Positions 9,736 to 18,413 of a stretch of DNA of 64,000 bases are shown piece after piece; the stretch's first letter is position 1, and the number at the start of each line of letters is the position of its first letter. The stretch covers positions 419 through 64,418 of the forward strand of contig CAMOSU010000001.1 of the NCBI GenBank assembly GCA_946625125.1. Reading direction: 5' to 3'. The position numbers and the translations under genes were made by a program. Source of the DNA: an uncultured Clostridia bacterium (GTDB taxonomy: Bacteria > Bacillota > Clostridia > Oscillospirales > Oscillospiraceae). The notes below the pieces were generated by a model. It worked only from the letters and a program-made list of their open reading frames with translations, did not search any database and was not told the origin of the DNA.

Positions 9736-10857
9736 TTACCGTCCGTTTTCAAGCAACGCTATGCCGTGACTCTGTACGTCGCCGTTCACCGCGGCATAGA
9801 TCCAGTCCGCAACGCTGACGCCGTCCTCCAGCTTGTCAAACACATTGCTGGAGATGATCGTGTGCTGCGTATTGTGGGTTTCAGCGTCCTCTGCATGACT
9901 CCAAATGTAGATCCCGACGCCGGGAATATTCTCCTGCAGGCCCGCAACCATCTTTGTAAGGTCCGCCTGAAATTGATCTCCCAGCGCTTTGGTTTTGTCC
10001 ATCTTCCCCGTGTTGATGTAGGACTGATACTGCATCAGCGTATCATCCCGGTAGGAGCAATCGAACAGGATTTTGACACTGTCACCACGTTTTTCATGCA
10101 GTGCGGTCAGGCTGTCCAATACCAGATTATCCGTCACAAGACGGTCGGAGATTTCCTTGGGTGACTGCCAAAGATTGACCGCCGTTTCGTGCCATCCGTC
10201 ATAGAGCAGAAGAGAGCTGTCCACACAAACCGTGATATTCCTCGCGCTGGGGAAGCGGTCGATCACGTCGTCAGCCAGGAGCGAGGTGGCAAAGCCGCCT
10301 GCCGAGAAACCAGTTACCAACAGGGTGTCCGGCTCTCCCAGATAGGGCTTGATTTGCTCCACAAAAGCGGCATAATTGCTGTAGCCGGTGTGGTAGACCG
10401 TCTTTTTCCCCTCATAGGTGCCTGTGCCTGAATGGAAGTCGCCGGTGGCGTAAGGAATTACAATAAAGCTCCAATCCTTGAAGGGGTTATTCTCCGCATT
10501 ACTTCCGATCCCGCCTTCCGCCACAAAGTCCTGTCCCGTCATATTTGTGGCATAGAACTTGTTTCCGCCTTCCGAGGTTTCCGGCGTGATGCTCACGCCG
10601 CCGCCGAAGAAATAAACGACGACCTTGTTCTCCGTACCCTTTTTGAAGATTCCGTGCCACTCGCTGCCATCAGAGGACTGGGTGCCCTCCACCGCCACCT
10701 CATACCATTTCCCGATTTCAGGCTCGCCCTTCAGCTTCGGGAAGCTTTTGAGAAAGGTCAATTTCAGCAGCACAAACACGCCCACCGCAAGAATGACGAT
10801 GACACAGGCGAGAATGAGCAGGACCTTTTTCGCTTTTCTGTGTTTTTTCTGTTTCAT
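9736..10857 (-). CDS. Pectin acetylesterase (PAE) family hydrolase with N-terminal membrane anchor
   Basis: 373 aa. N-terminal KKHRKAKKVLLILACVIVILAVGVFVLLKL is a signal-anchor. Motifs VVYFFGGGV, YATGDFHSGTG and VTGFSAGGFATS parallel those of 1663..2787. AAAGGAG lies 8 nt upstream of the ATG. Confidence 0.7.
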   Translation of the reverse strand: MKQKKHRKAKKVLLILACVIVILAVGVFVLLKLTFLKSFPKLKGEPEIGKWYEVAVEGTQSSDGSEWHGIFKKGTENKVVVYFFGGGVSITPETSEGGNKFYATNMTGQDFVAEGGIGSNAENNPFKDWSFIVIPYATGDFHSGTGTYEGKKTVYHTGYSNYAAFVEQIKPYLGEPDTLLVTGFSAGGFATSLLADDVIDRFPSARNITVCVDSSLLLYDGWHETAVNLWQSPKEISDRLVTDNLVLDSLTALHEKRGDSVKILFDCSYRDDTLMQYQSYINTGKMDKTKALGDQFQADLTKMVAGLQENIPGVGIYIWSHAEDAETHNTQHTIISSNVFDKLEDGVSVADWIYAAVNGDVQSHGIALLENGR

Positions 10858-10870
10858 TTGTCCATCTCCT

Positions 10871-13291
10871 TTAGGATCCCATGGTTACATGAATCCTTGC
10901 TTTTGACCGGCCGCGCAGAATTGTTTCTGTCAGAATCGGCCCGTTCTCCAGGTCGATTTTTATCCCATCCACACGAATCTCTTTGATCCCATGCTGAACG
11001 TGCTCGGGGTTCTCCACCCGGATTGTCAGGCGGCAGCCCCGGTAGGTACGCTCCACCGTGAAGCCCTCCCACTGGGCGGGGATCGACGGGTCGATCAAAA
11101 GGCCCTTCAGCGTGGGGCGGATGCCCAGCAGATACTGAGTCGCCACTACGTCCATCCAGGCCGCTGTGCCGGTGACCTGGGAAACGCAGCCCCATCCGAA
11201 CTTTTCGTTGTCCTTGCCCAGCATGGTGGAGCAGTAGGCGTAGGCCTCCGCGTGATAGCGCTCCACACCAACTTTTTTGATCACTTCATTCGGCATGATC
11301 TGCTTGTAGTATTTCCAGGCCCGATTACCGCGCCCCAGCAGAGCCTCGGCCATGATGGCCCAGCAGTTGGCCCGGCAGAACACACCGCCGTTTTCGGAAT
11401 ACCCGGCGGGAAGGCCGTTGACCATGGCCGCCTCCTTGCTGGGCCAGCCGGGATAACCGGGAGTGTTGAGCAGCAGACCCATGCCGGTATCCAGCTCCTG
11501 GGCGGCGCTGTCCATGGCCTCAATCTGATGATCCCGGCAAGCGTCCGCGATTACCATCCAGCTCTGAGCGTTGAGCCAGATCCGGGCGTGCTCCTGGGTG
11601 TGGGTGCCGATGGGCTGCGCCTCGTCGTCCAGACCCCGCAGGAACCAATCGCCATCCCAGGCGATTTGTTCCAGCGCCTTTTCCTGCTTTTCAATGAGCG
11701 TGCGGAATTGATCCGCGCTCTCTCCGCGCGCCTCGGCCAGCTCCGCAAGCTGCCGCAGGGCGTAGATGTGCTGCTGGGAGACCATGACACTCTCGCCCCT
11801 GCCCTTGCGGCCAAAGGGGCCAAGATGGTCGTTCCAGTCGGAGAAGAGGATCAGCGGCAGTCCGTGTGCGCCCAGATGCTTCTCCGTGAAGTCCACGCCC
11901 CGCAGCAGATGCTCCCACAGGGTGGCAGAATGGGCAGGCGTGACAAGATCCGTCCCGAGGAAGGGAATCTCCTTGTCCAGGAAGCGCAGGTCGCCGGTCT
12001 CGGCGGCAATGGCATAGGCCAGGTAGACCATCCAAATATGATCGTCCGAGCGGGTGATGTCCTGGGGCGGGCGTTTTTCTTCGGGCCAGGCGGTATGAAT
12101 GGCGTGGCCGTCCTCCAACTGCTGGGAGGCCAGATACCACAGCATCTCCGTTGCCCATTCCGGCTTGCGGTAGGCCTGGGCCAGCATGTCCTGGGCCGTA
12201 TCCCGAAAGCCAATGCCCCGGACGCCGGAGGCGTCGGAGCTGATGGAGCGGGAATAGCGGGCAGTCTGCACGCTCTGCAGCGGGTTCCAGGTGTTGAGCA
12301 TGCGATTGGCGTCCGCGTCGGGAAGCTCGCACTGATAAACGGCAAGATGCTTGTTCCACCAGCTTTGGAGCTTCGCAAACTGCCGATCCGCCGCACCGTC
12401 TTTCCGGAGCGCGGTCAGCGTTTCTTTTGCGCTTGCCACAGCCTTGTCGTAGTCGGACAGGGCGCCCTTCGTTACGCCCAGGAAGAAATGAAGCTGCTTC
12501 TCCTCGTCTTTACCAAGAGAAACATGGGTGTGCAGCGCGCCGCAGGGCTCGCCGCCCTGGAGATTGGTATTGGACAGGCGCCCGTTTTGAACCTCCACAG
12601 GGTTTCTCTCATCCCGGTAATTGCCGCAGAACAGGTCCCGGTTGCAGCAGAAGGTGTCGATCTTCGCGTCCGAGCCGAAATAAACCAGCGGGGATTCGTC
12701 CTTGCGGGGGTGCATCCAGGCGGTGTAAGCATAGGTGATGGCCTGCAAGTCCTCGTCAAATACAGCCCGGGTGTTCCACTTGAGATAGTAACCGAGGATG
12801 TTCTCCTCCCGGGCCAGAAACTGGCTGAGCTCCACGTAGGCGAACACGTCGCAGACGATCTCCGCGCCGCTCTCGTTTGTGAGCTTCAGATCCCATACCA
12901 GCGTATCATAATCCTGCGCCATAAAGAGTTTCAGGGTTGCGCACAGACCGTTCTTTTTTGCGGTAAATGTGGAAAAGCCTGGCGCATGGCTGGCCTCGCG
13001 GAAATCCACCGGTGTTTCGCTGGGGCGAAATGCTGGCGACCAGACCGTGCCGTCGGCCATGCGGAGATACACGTAGAAGCCCGGCGAGTCGATGGGCAGA
13101 TTGTAAAAGCGGTAGCGGGTCAGGCGGAACATCATCGGAGACAGCCACCAGCTCATGCCGCCCCCCGCCTGAGAGACGAAGGCGTGCATTCTGCCGTTGG
13201 AGAGATAGTTGATCCACGGCGATGGCAGGTCAAAACGGTCAAAGCGGATCTCCCGCCGATCATCGTGAAACTGATAGGGCAGTTTATTCAT
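10871..13291 (-). CDS. GH94 glycoside phosphorylase (cellobiose/chitobiose phosphorylase family)
   Basis: ORF 10871..13306, with start set at M6 (MNKLPYQF): GAAGGAG lies 7 nt upstream and the start overlaps the upstream stop as ATGAATAA. N-terminal PSPWINYLSNG...RLTRYRFYNLPIDSPGFYVYL matches the conserved cellobiose phosphorylase N-terminus. The ~806 aa length is typical. Confidence 0.8.
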   Translation of the reverse strand: MNKLPYQFHDDRREIRFDRFDLPSPWINYLSNGRMHAFVSQAGGGMSWWLSPMMFRLTRYRFYNLPIDSPGFYVYLRMADGTVWSPAFRPSETPVDFREASHAPGFSTFTAKKNGLCATLKLFMAQDYDTLVWDLKLTNESGAEIVCDVFAYVELSQFLAREENILGYYLKWNTRAVFDEDLQAITYAYTAWMHPRKDESPLVYFGSDAKIDTFCCNRDLFCGNYRDERNPVEVQNGRLSNTNLQGGEPCGALHTHVSLGKDEEKQLHFFLGVTKGALSDYDKAVASAKETLTALRKDGAADRQFAKLQSWWNKHLAVYQCELPDADANRMLNTWNPLQSVQTARYSRSISSDASGVRGIGFRDTAQDMLAQAYRKPEWATEMLWYLASQQLEDGHAIHTAWPEEKRPPQDITRSDDHIWMVYLAYAIAAETGDLRFLDKEIPFLGTDLVTPAHSATLWEHLLRGVDFTEKHLGAHGLPLILFSDWNDHLGPFGRKGRGESVMVSQQHIYALRQLAELAEARGESADQFRTLIEKQEKALEQIAWDGDWFLRGLDDEAQPIGTHTQEHARIWLNAQSWMVIADACRDHQIEAMDSAAQELDTGMGLLLNTPGYPGWPSKEAAMVNGLPAGYSENGGVFCRANCWAIMAEALLGRGNRAWKYYKQIMPNEVIKKVGVERYHAEAYAYCSTMLGKDNEKFGWGCVSQVTGTAAWMDVVATQYLLGIRPTLKGLLIDPSIPAQWEGFTVERTYRGCRLTIRVENPEHVQHGIKEIRVDGIKIDLENGPILTETILRGRSKARIHVTMGS

Positions 13292-15644
13292 AGCGTTCTC
13301 CTTCAAAGCGATAGGTTCCGGCCTTCAGCGTCTTTGCGGTGCCCTCCGGCAGGGTCAGGTGGGCAATCGTTCCTTCCGGAACCGTACAGGTGTAAACAAA
13401 GCGCTTCCCATCACGCTCCCAGCGTGAGCGGATCGTCCCGTACCGGGTCTTGTAGCTGCCCTCCGCCCAGGTGAGGCTTCCGCCAATGATGGGGCGGAGC
13501 TCAAATTCCCGGAAGCCGGGGGCGCCGAAGCTCGGACGGATGCCCGCCACATACTCAAACAGGAACTGACAGACAGCGCCGAAGGAATAATGATTGAAGC
13601 TGTCCCTGAACACGTCCATGCCGTTCCAGTTTTCCAGCATGGTGGTGGCCCCCAGGGTGATGGGGTGCAGCCAACCAGGCGCGGTGGTCTGCTCCAGAAT
13701 CCGAAACGCCTCGTCTATCAGGCCATTGTCGCAGAGGGTGGGCAATAGATAGACAGTGGAGAGGAAGCCGGTGTTCAAGTGGTAATCGGCAGCTTCCAGC
13801 TCCTTCTTGAGCTGGGCAATCACCAGGGGCTTTTTCTCTGCGCTGACCAGATCCAGGGCAAGAGCGCGGATATAGGCCGCCTGGTGGCCCGGCTGGATCA
13901 TACCGTCGGAGCCAATCATGTATTTGTCGTAGGCAGCCTGGATTTTTTTCGCAAGCGCCGCATAATGCTCCGCGTCCTCGTCTTTCCCGAGGATGCGGGC
14001 CATGTGGGCAAGATTGTCGCAGCTCCGCTTGGTATAGGCTGTGGCAACCTCCGGCTTGCCGTATTTCGCCATGTGAGTCACAAAGTCCGCTGCCGTTCCG
14101 CCCTTGGCAAACAGCTCGATGACCTCCGGTGGAGGCGGCAGGGGCTCGTTCCACTCCCCGTAGTGGAAGCGGGTGTCGTAGATGTAGTCTCCGTCGCCGT
14201 TTGCGTACCAGGGTTTGTCCGCGTACATGGGATTCTGTTCCTTCATGCAGCGGAGCGAAAACTCGACCCACTTCTTTGCCGTGTCGTAATGTTCTTTCAG
14301 GAATTCCACATCGCCGTACATCAGGTACATCTGGTACGGGATCCACACGGCGGAATCGCCCCAGCCCACGCTGTCCTCGCCGATGTTGCCCTCGCTGGAG
14401 GGTCCGGCCAGCGCCATGGCAGGATTGACCGCCTGCACCGCTTTGAGTTCTTCCGGGTTGTGGACGCTGGAGGTGGAGGGAAAGGTAATGCCCACCTTGC
14501 CGGAGGCGTACTGCTCGATGCTCTGATCCACCAGCCACTTTTTGAAAAACTGCTGTACGTCCATGAAATACGCCGCGGTTCTGCAGTAGATCATGGCGTC
14601 GCCGGTCCAGGCGTTGCGCTCCCGGGTGGGGCAGTCCACCGGCACATCCAGGAAGTTGCACTTCTGACTCCAGCGGGCGTTTTCCACCAGCTTGTTGATC
14701 AGCTCGTTGGAGCAGCGGAAATCCCCGGTTTCCTCCATATCGGAGTAGACGGCGATGGCCTCGAAATCCGCGTCTTCTGCCTCGATGCCTTCCACAAGGG
14801 CGTACCGGAAGCCGAACACGGCAAAGTGCGGCGTGTATTCCTCCACCTCCGCACCTTTGCAGATGTAGGTGATCTCCTGGAACTCCGCCCTTCCGCCGTC
14901 GCAGTTGGCGGTGGAGAAGCATCCGTCCTTGTCCAGCCCTTCTCCGTGCTTGAGGTGCACGGTCTGCCCGCGTGTTGTGTTGCGAAGCGTCATATGGACA
15001 TATCCTGCCAGATTCTGCCCGAAGTCGATGACGAGCCGCCCTGCGGCGTCGCGCATGGGCTGGCCCGGAAAGCGCTCCTTTTCCCGCACGGGAACGCTCT
15101 GATTTTCAATCAGTTTGCCTTCGGTGTGCTCAGCGCATAGGGCGGCTTTTTGCCAGCCGTGGGGCTCCACGCGGGCGTCGTAGACCTCACCCTTTTGCAG
15201 ATCCGTCCGCACAACGGGGCCGAGGCCGACTTCCCCGCTTTCATCCGTGGAGAACGTCTCTTCGCTGCCGTCAGCATAGCGCAGCGTTAGTTCACCCCAG
15301 AGCGCGAGCGTATAGCCGAAGTTGTTGTTCCAGCGCCACCAGCCGTCTCCCACCGTGACGCGCAGCTCGTTATCCCCCTCTTTTATGAGGGCGGTCACGT
15401 CATATTCCTGCACCTGGATGCGGTGGTAGTAGCTGGTCAGCCCCGGCATGAACTTGTTCTTGGTAACAGGCACGCCGTTCAGCTCCGCCTCATAGATTCC
15501 ATGGGCAGATAGGCGCAGGATTGCTCGCTTCAACCCGGCCATTCCATCAAAGCACCGGCGGAAAATCGGAACCAGTCTTGTTTCCCGATGATCGGCAGGA
15601 TGAGAAATCCATTTGCCTCTCTTTTTCCCTTGCTTGTTTATCAT
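13284..15644 (-). CDS. GH78 alpha-L-rhamnosidase
   Basis: ORF 13284..15665, with start set at M8 (MINKQGKK) because GGGAGG lies 7 nt upstream. The architecture is rhamnosidase N-domain, six-hairpin domain and C-domain, with sequence such as LSAHGIYEAELNGVPV, FLDVPVDCPTRERNAWTGD and HYSFGAV. Confidence 0.8.
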   Translation of the reverse strand: MINKQGKKRGKWISHPADHRETRLVPIFRRCFDGMAGLKRAILRLSAHGIYEAELNGVPVTKNKFMPGLTSYYHRIQVQEYDVTALIKEGDNELRVTVGDGWWRWNNNFGYTLALWGELTLRYADGSEETFSTDESGEVGLGPVVRTDLQKGEVYDARVEPHGWQKAALCAEHTEGKLIENQSVPVREKERFPGQPMRDAAGRLVIDFGQNLAGYVHMTLRNTTRGQTVHLKHGEGLDKDGCFSTANCDGGRAEFQEITYICKGAEVEEYTPHFAVFGFRYALVEGIEAEDADFEAIAVYSDMEETGDFRCSNELINKLVENARWSQKCNFLDVPVDCPTRERNAWTGDAMIYCRTAAYFMDVQQFFKKWLVDQSIEQYASGKVGITFPSTSSVHNPEELKAVQAVNPAMALAGPSSEGNIGEDSVGWGDSAVWIPYQMYLMYGDVEFLKEHYDTAKKWVEFSLRCMKEQNPMYADKPWYANGDGDYIYDTRFHYGEWNEPLPPPPEVIELFAKGGTAADFVTHMAKYGKPEVATAYTKRSCDNLAHMARILGKDEDAEHYAALAKKIQAAYDKYMIGSDGMIQPGHQAAYIRALALDLVSAEKKPLVIAQLKKELEAADYHLNTGFLSTVYLLPTLCDNGLIDEAFRILEQTTAPGWLHPITLGATTMLENWNGMDVFRDSFNHYSFGAVCQFLFEYVAGIRPSFGAPGFREFELRPIIGGSLTWAEGSYKTRYGTIRSRWERDGKRFVYTCTVPEGTIAHLTLPEGTAKTLKAGTYRFEGERYE

Positions 15645-15845
15645 CTGTTTACCTCCCAATGGCAATCAACATCTTTTCCGCGATGCCTGTGGTTTCTTTC
15701 GATCCCGCCCAGCGTCTTTTCCAAACGCATGAGGAAGTTTTTTCCAGCCAACCAAATTATACAGAATCCAAATAATAAAGAAATGCCTTTTCTTTTCCTT
15801 TTTTATAGGTTAATTTTTACATGCAAAGCGTAATACAACGATATT

Positions 15846-15889
15846 AAAACAATCAGCCCCAGCTTGGAACATAAGCTGGGGCTGATTTT
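15846..15889. terminator. Strong bidirectional hairpin insulating the GH78 operon from the tRNA region
   Basis: AATCAGCCCCAGCTT-GGAACAT-AAGCTGGGGCTGATT perfect 15-bp stem, flanked by an A-run on the left and a T-run on the right. Confidence 0.5.
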
Positions 15890-16115
15890 AAGCACCCCAT
15901 GGCAGCCCGACGGATGGACGAGGATCATCACACCGGATTGCTATGGGGCGTTTTTATTGTTCAGCTTGAAAGCTGAATGGCTGACTGGCCAAGGTGGAGA
16001 CGAACCGCTTTGCCCGGGCGGATCTGGAGCACATGCTGGTCATGGTGGACGACGATGTTTTGTTGGATGCTCCATATCCGGGCTGATTTCAGAGGGACCG
16101 TTTTCCTCTGAATAG

Positions 16116-16154
16116 TTAGAAAAATGCCCGAAATCTCACGATTTCGGGCATTTT
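16116..16154 (-). terminator. Terminator downstream of tRNA-Leu
   Basis: On the minus strand, directly after the tRNA CCA end: AAAATGCCCGAAATC-GTGA-GATTTCGGGCATTTTTC. Confidence 0.65.
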
Positions 16155-16157
16155 CTT

Positions 16158-16245
16158 TGGTGCGCGAGGCGGGAGTTGAACCCGCACGTCCGGAGTGGAC
16201 ACTAGAACCTGAATCTAGCGAGTCTACCAATTCCACCACTCGCGC
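16158..16245 (-). tRNA. tRNA-Leu (anticodon CAG), CCA encoded
   Basis: Minus-strand sequence GCGCGAGTGGTGGAATTGGTAGACTCGCTAGATTCAGGTTCTAGTGTCCACTCCGGACGTGCGGGTTCAACTCCCGCCTCGCGCACCA. It has a 7-bp acceptor stem GCGCGAG/CTCGCGC, an anticodon stem CTAGA/TCTAG with loop TTCAGGT, a long variable arm and a GGTTCAACTCC T-loop. Confidence 0.92.
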
Positions 16246-16416
16246 GTCTCGCAATCTCTCGACTGCCCCGATATATTAGCACAGAAAACGGAATTTGTCA
16301 ACACTTTTTTGTGATTCCTTCTGAAAAATTTTTGGAAGTGCTTCTTCTGCGCAGTATCTTGCAATATAGACAAAAAGCGAACAGTTTTTTTGGAGGATTT
16401 GAAGATAGAAATTTCA

Positions 16417-16445
16417 TTGCATTGGGCTGCGTTTTCAAGTATAAT
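16417..16445 (+). promoter_or_regulatory. Candidate sigma-A-type promoter for the ssnA-ygfK operon
   Basis: TTGCAT (16417..16422), a 17-nt spacer, then TATAAT (16440..16445), about 110 nt upstream of the ssnA ATG. Confidence 0.45.
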
Positions 16446-16557
16446 AGCCTCAGAAATATCGGCGCAGCGAAGTGCTTTGAGCACGGGCCGGAAGTGGGGG
16501 AACGGTCCTTCATTTCCGGCTTTCCGTTATCTTATCCTCAGGAAAGGGGCGCATGCG

Positions 16558-17919
16558 ATGTTTATTCTTGCCAATGGAAGACTGATTACCCGGGACCCTG
16601 CCCGGCCTTATCTCCGGGATGGGGGCGTGGCCATTGAGGGCCGCAGCATTCTGGAGATTGGAAGCACCCGGGAGCTTCGGAACAAATACCCGGAGGCGGA
16701 GTTCCTGGACGCCCGGGGCGGTGTGATCATGCCCGCCTTTATCAATGCCCACACCCATATCTATTCCGCCCTGGCCAGGGGACTGTCCATCAAGGGCTAC
16801 AACGCGACAAATTTCTATGAGGTGCTGGACGGGCAGTGGTGGGCCATTGACCGCAGATTGAAGCTGGAGGGGACCGTTGCCTCCGCCAACGCCCTGATGA
16901 TGGACTGCATCAAGCAGGGCGTCACCACCATCTTTGATCACCACGCCTCCTATGGGGAGATTCCCGGCAGTCTTCACGCCATCGCGGAGTCTGCCAAGCG
17001 ATTCGGGCTACGGGCCTGCCTGTGCTATGAGGTGTCAGACCGGGACGGAGAGGAAAAGGCCCTCCAGGCTGTCCGGGAGAACGCCGATTTCATTTCGGAA
17101 TGTGAAAGCCGCAGGGACCCCATGCTGGCGGCCATGTTCGGCGGCCACGCGCTGTTTACCATTTCCGACAAGACCTTTGATCGCATGGTTGCTGCCAACA
17201 ACGGCCGCACAGGCTATCACATCCATGTTTCCGAGGGCATGGACGACGTGTACGACAGCCTGCGCAACTATGGCCGCCGCCCGGTGCAGCGCCTTCATGA
17301 CCACGGCATTCTGGGGCCGAAAACCCTGCTGGGCCACTGCATTCACGTCAACAGCGCGGAGATCGAGCTGATTCGAAGCACGGGAACCATGGTGGTGAAC
17401 AACCCCGAGTCCAACATGGGCAACGCCGTGGGGACCTGCCCGGTGCTCCAGCTTGCCAAGGCGGGGGTACTGCTGGGCTTGGGAACAGACGCTTATACCA
17501 ACGACATGCTGGAGTCCGTCAAGGTTGCGCTCATTGCGCAAAAGCAAAACGCCTGCCTGCCCAACGTGGGCTGGAGCGAAGTCACGGAGATGCTCTTCCG
17601 CGGCAACGCCAAAATTGCCGCCCGGTATTTCCCGGAGGAGCTGGGCGTCCTGAAGCCCGGGGCCGCCGCGGATGTGATTGTCATGGACTATAAGCCCTTC
17701 ACCCCCTTCTCCGACGCCAACATTGACGGCCACATCCTCTTTGGCATGACGGGGCGGCAATGCCGCACCACCATAGCCGCAGGCAGAGTCCTGATGCGGG
17801 ACGGGGAGCTGCAGGGCATTGACGAAGAAGCGGAAAACGCCCGGATTCTGGAGGCTGCATGCAGACTCTGGGGCGACTTGAATCACTGTAACTACGATTC
17901 TGAAGGAGAAAGGAACTGA
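16558..17919 (+). CDS. ssnA: Putative aminohydrolase SsnA (amidohydrolase/chlorohydrolase superfamily)
   Basis: ORF 16390..17919, with start set at M57 (MFILANGRLI) after AGGAAAGGGG. It has the metal-binding FINAHTHIY motif, HVSEG and GLGTDAY. Length (~453 aa) and adjacency to ygfK fit SsnA. Confidence 0.75.
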   Translation: MFILANGRLITRDPARPYLRDGGVAIEGRSILEIGSTRELRNKYPEAEFLDARGGVIMPAFINAHTHIYSALARGLSIKGYNATNFYEVLDGQWWAIDRRLKLEGTVASANALMMDCIKQGVTTIFDHHASYGEIPGSLHAIAESAKRFGLRACLCYEVSDRDGEEKALQAVRENADFISECESRRDPMLAAMFGGHALFTISDKTFDRMVAANNGRTGYHIHVSEGMDDVYDSLRNYGRRPVQRLHDHGILGPKTLLGHCIHVNSAEIELIRSTGTMVVNNPESNMGNAVGTCPVLQLAKAGVLLGLGTDAYTNDMLESVKVALIAQKQNACLPNVGWSEVTEMLFRGNAKIAARYFPEELGVLKPGAAADVIVMDYKPFTPFSDANIDGHILFGMTGRQCRTTIAAGRVLMRDGELQGIDEEAENARILEAACRLWGDLNHCNYDSEGERN

Positions 17920-17925
17920 TTCGTT

Positions 17926-18381
17926 ATGATGGAAGACATTCAAGCCAAGCGTGCCAAACGCGTGAAACTGGGGAAGCTGCTGACCCTGATCCTGCTGCTC
18001 TACGGTCTGGCGGTCACGGTGGCGTACTTCTTTTGCCAGCCCCCCGAGTGGTTTGTCTGGCTGGCGCCCTTCAACGTACCCTCCATTGCCTTCGCCTACT
18101 GGTTCAGTCCCGCTCTGCTCTATCTGCCGCTGGCCCTGGCGGCCCTGGCGGGATGGATGATGCTGCATCTGGGCCGTCTCTTCGGCAGGGAATTCATCAT
18201 TGTCACCATGTTGATCTATTTGATTTGTAATTGTGTTTTTGTTCCCTTCTATATGCTGCTGGTTTCCGCAAGCTGGGATGTGACGCTGCTGGGACGGATG
18301 TTGGCTCTGAGCGTCAGCGGGCTTGTGTACCCCATTCTGGTGCTGGTGGCCCTGCATGTCTGGAATCCCCGCAGAATATAA
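17926..18381 (+). CDS. Hypothetical integral membrane protein (about 4 TM helices)
   Basis: 151 aa. It begins 7 nt after the ssnA stop and has hydrophobic segments LLTLILLLYGLAVTVAYFF, ALLYLPLALAALAGWMMLHL, IIVTMLIYLICNCVFVPFYMLLV and LALSVSGLVYPILVLVALHV. I recognise no family. Confidence 0.6.
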   Translation: MMEDIQAKRAKRVKLGKLLTLILLLYGLAVTVAYFFCQPPEWFVWLAPFNVPSIAFAYWFSPALLYLPLALAALAGWMMLHLGRLFGREFIIVTMLIYLICNCVFVPFYMLLVSASWDVTLLGRMLALSVSGLVYPILVLVALHVWNPRRI

Positions 18382-18413
18382 AAGAGGAATCCCCACAGAA
18401 AGGAGCACTGCCC

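Noticed and set aside
10991-13474. An 827-aa plus-strand ORF, together with similar very long ORFs at 18249..21098 (-), 27434..29671 (-), 30093..32909 (-), 33857..36436 (+), 52701..55001 (+), 57646..59706 (-), 59986..63651 (-), 4371..6071 (+), 13555..14922 (-), 37966..39012 (+) and 39394..40740 (-).
   Set aside because: All lie antisense to, or out of frame within, genes with strong family signatures (GH94, ygfK, addB, addA, ppdK, the Mo subunit, the giant SLH protein and others). Their translations are Gly/Arg/Pro/His/Ala-rich low-complexity strings typical of shadow ORFs in GC-rich DNA, and they lack RBS-like sequences.
15961-16254. A 97-aa minus-strand ORF.
   Set aside because: It reads straight through the tRNA-Leu gene and its terminator, so it is not a credible protein.
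15666-16560. A prophage or integrative element at tRNA-Leu.
   Set aside because: There is no integrase, no direct repeat of the tRNA 3' end and no phage genes. Only a 34-codon remnant is present, reported as a low-interest finding.
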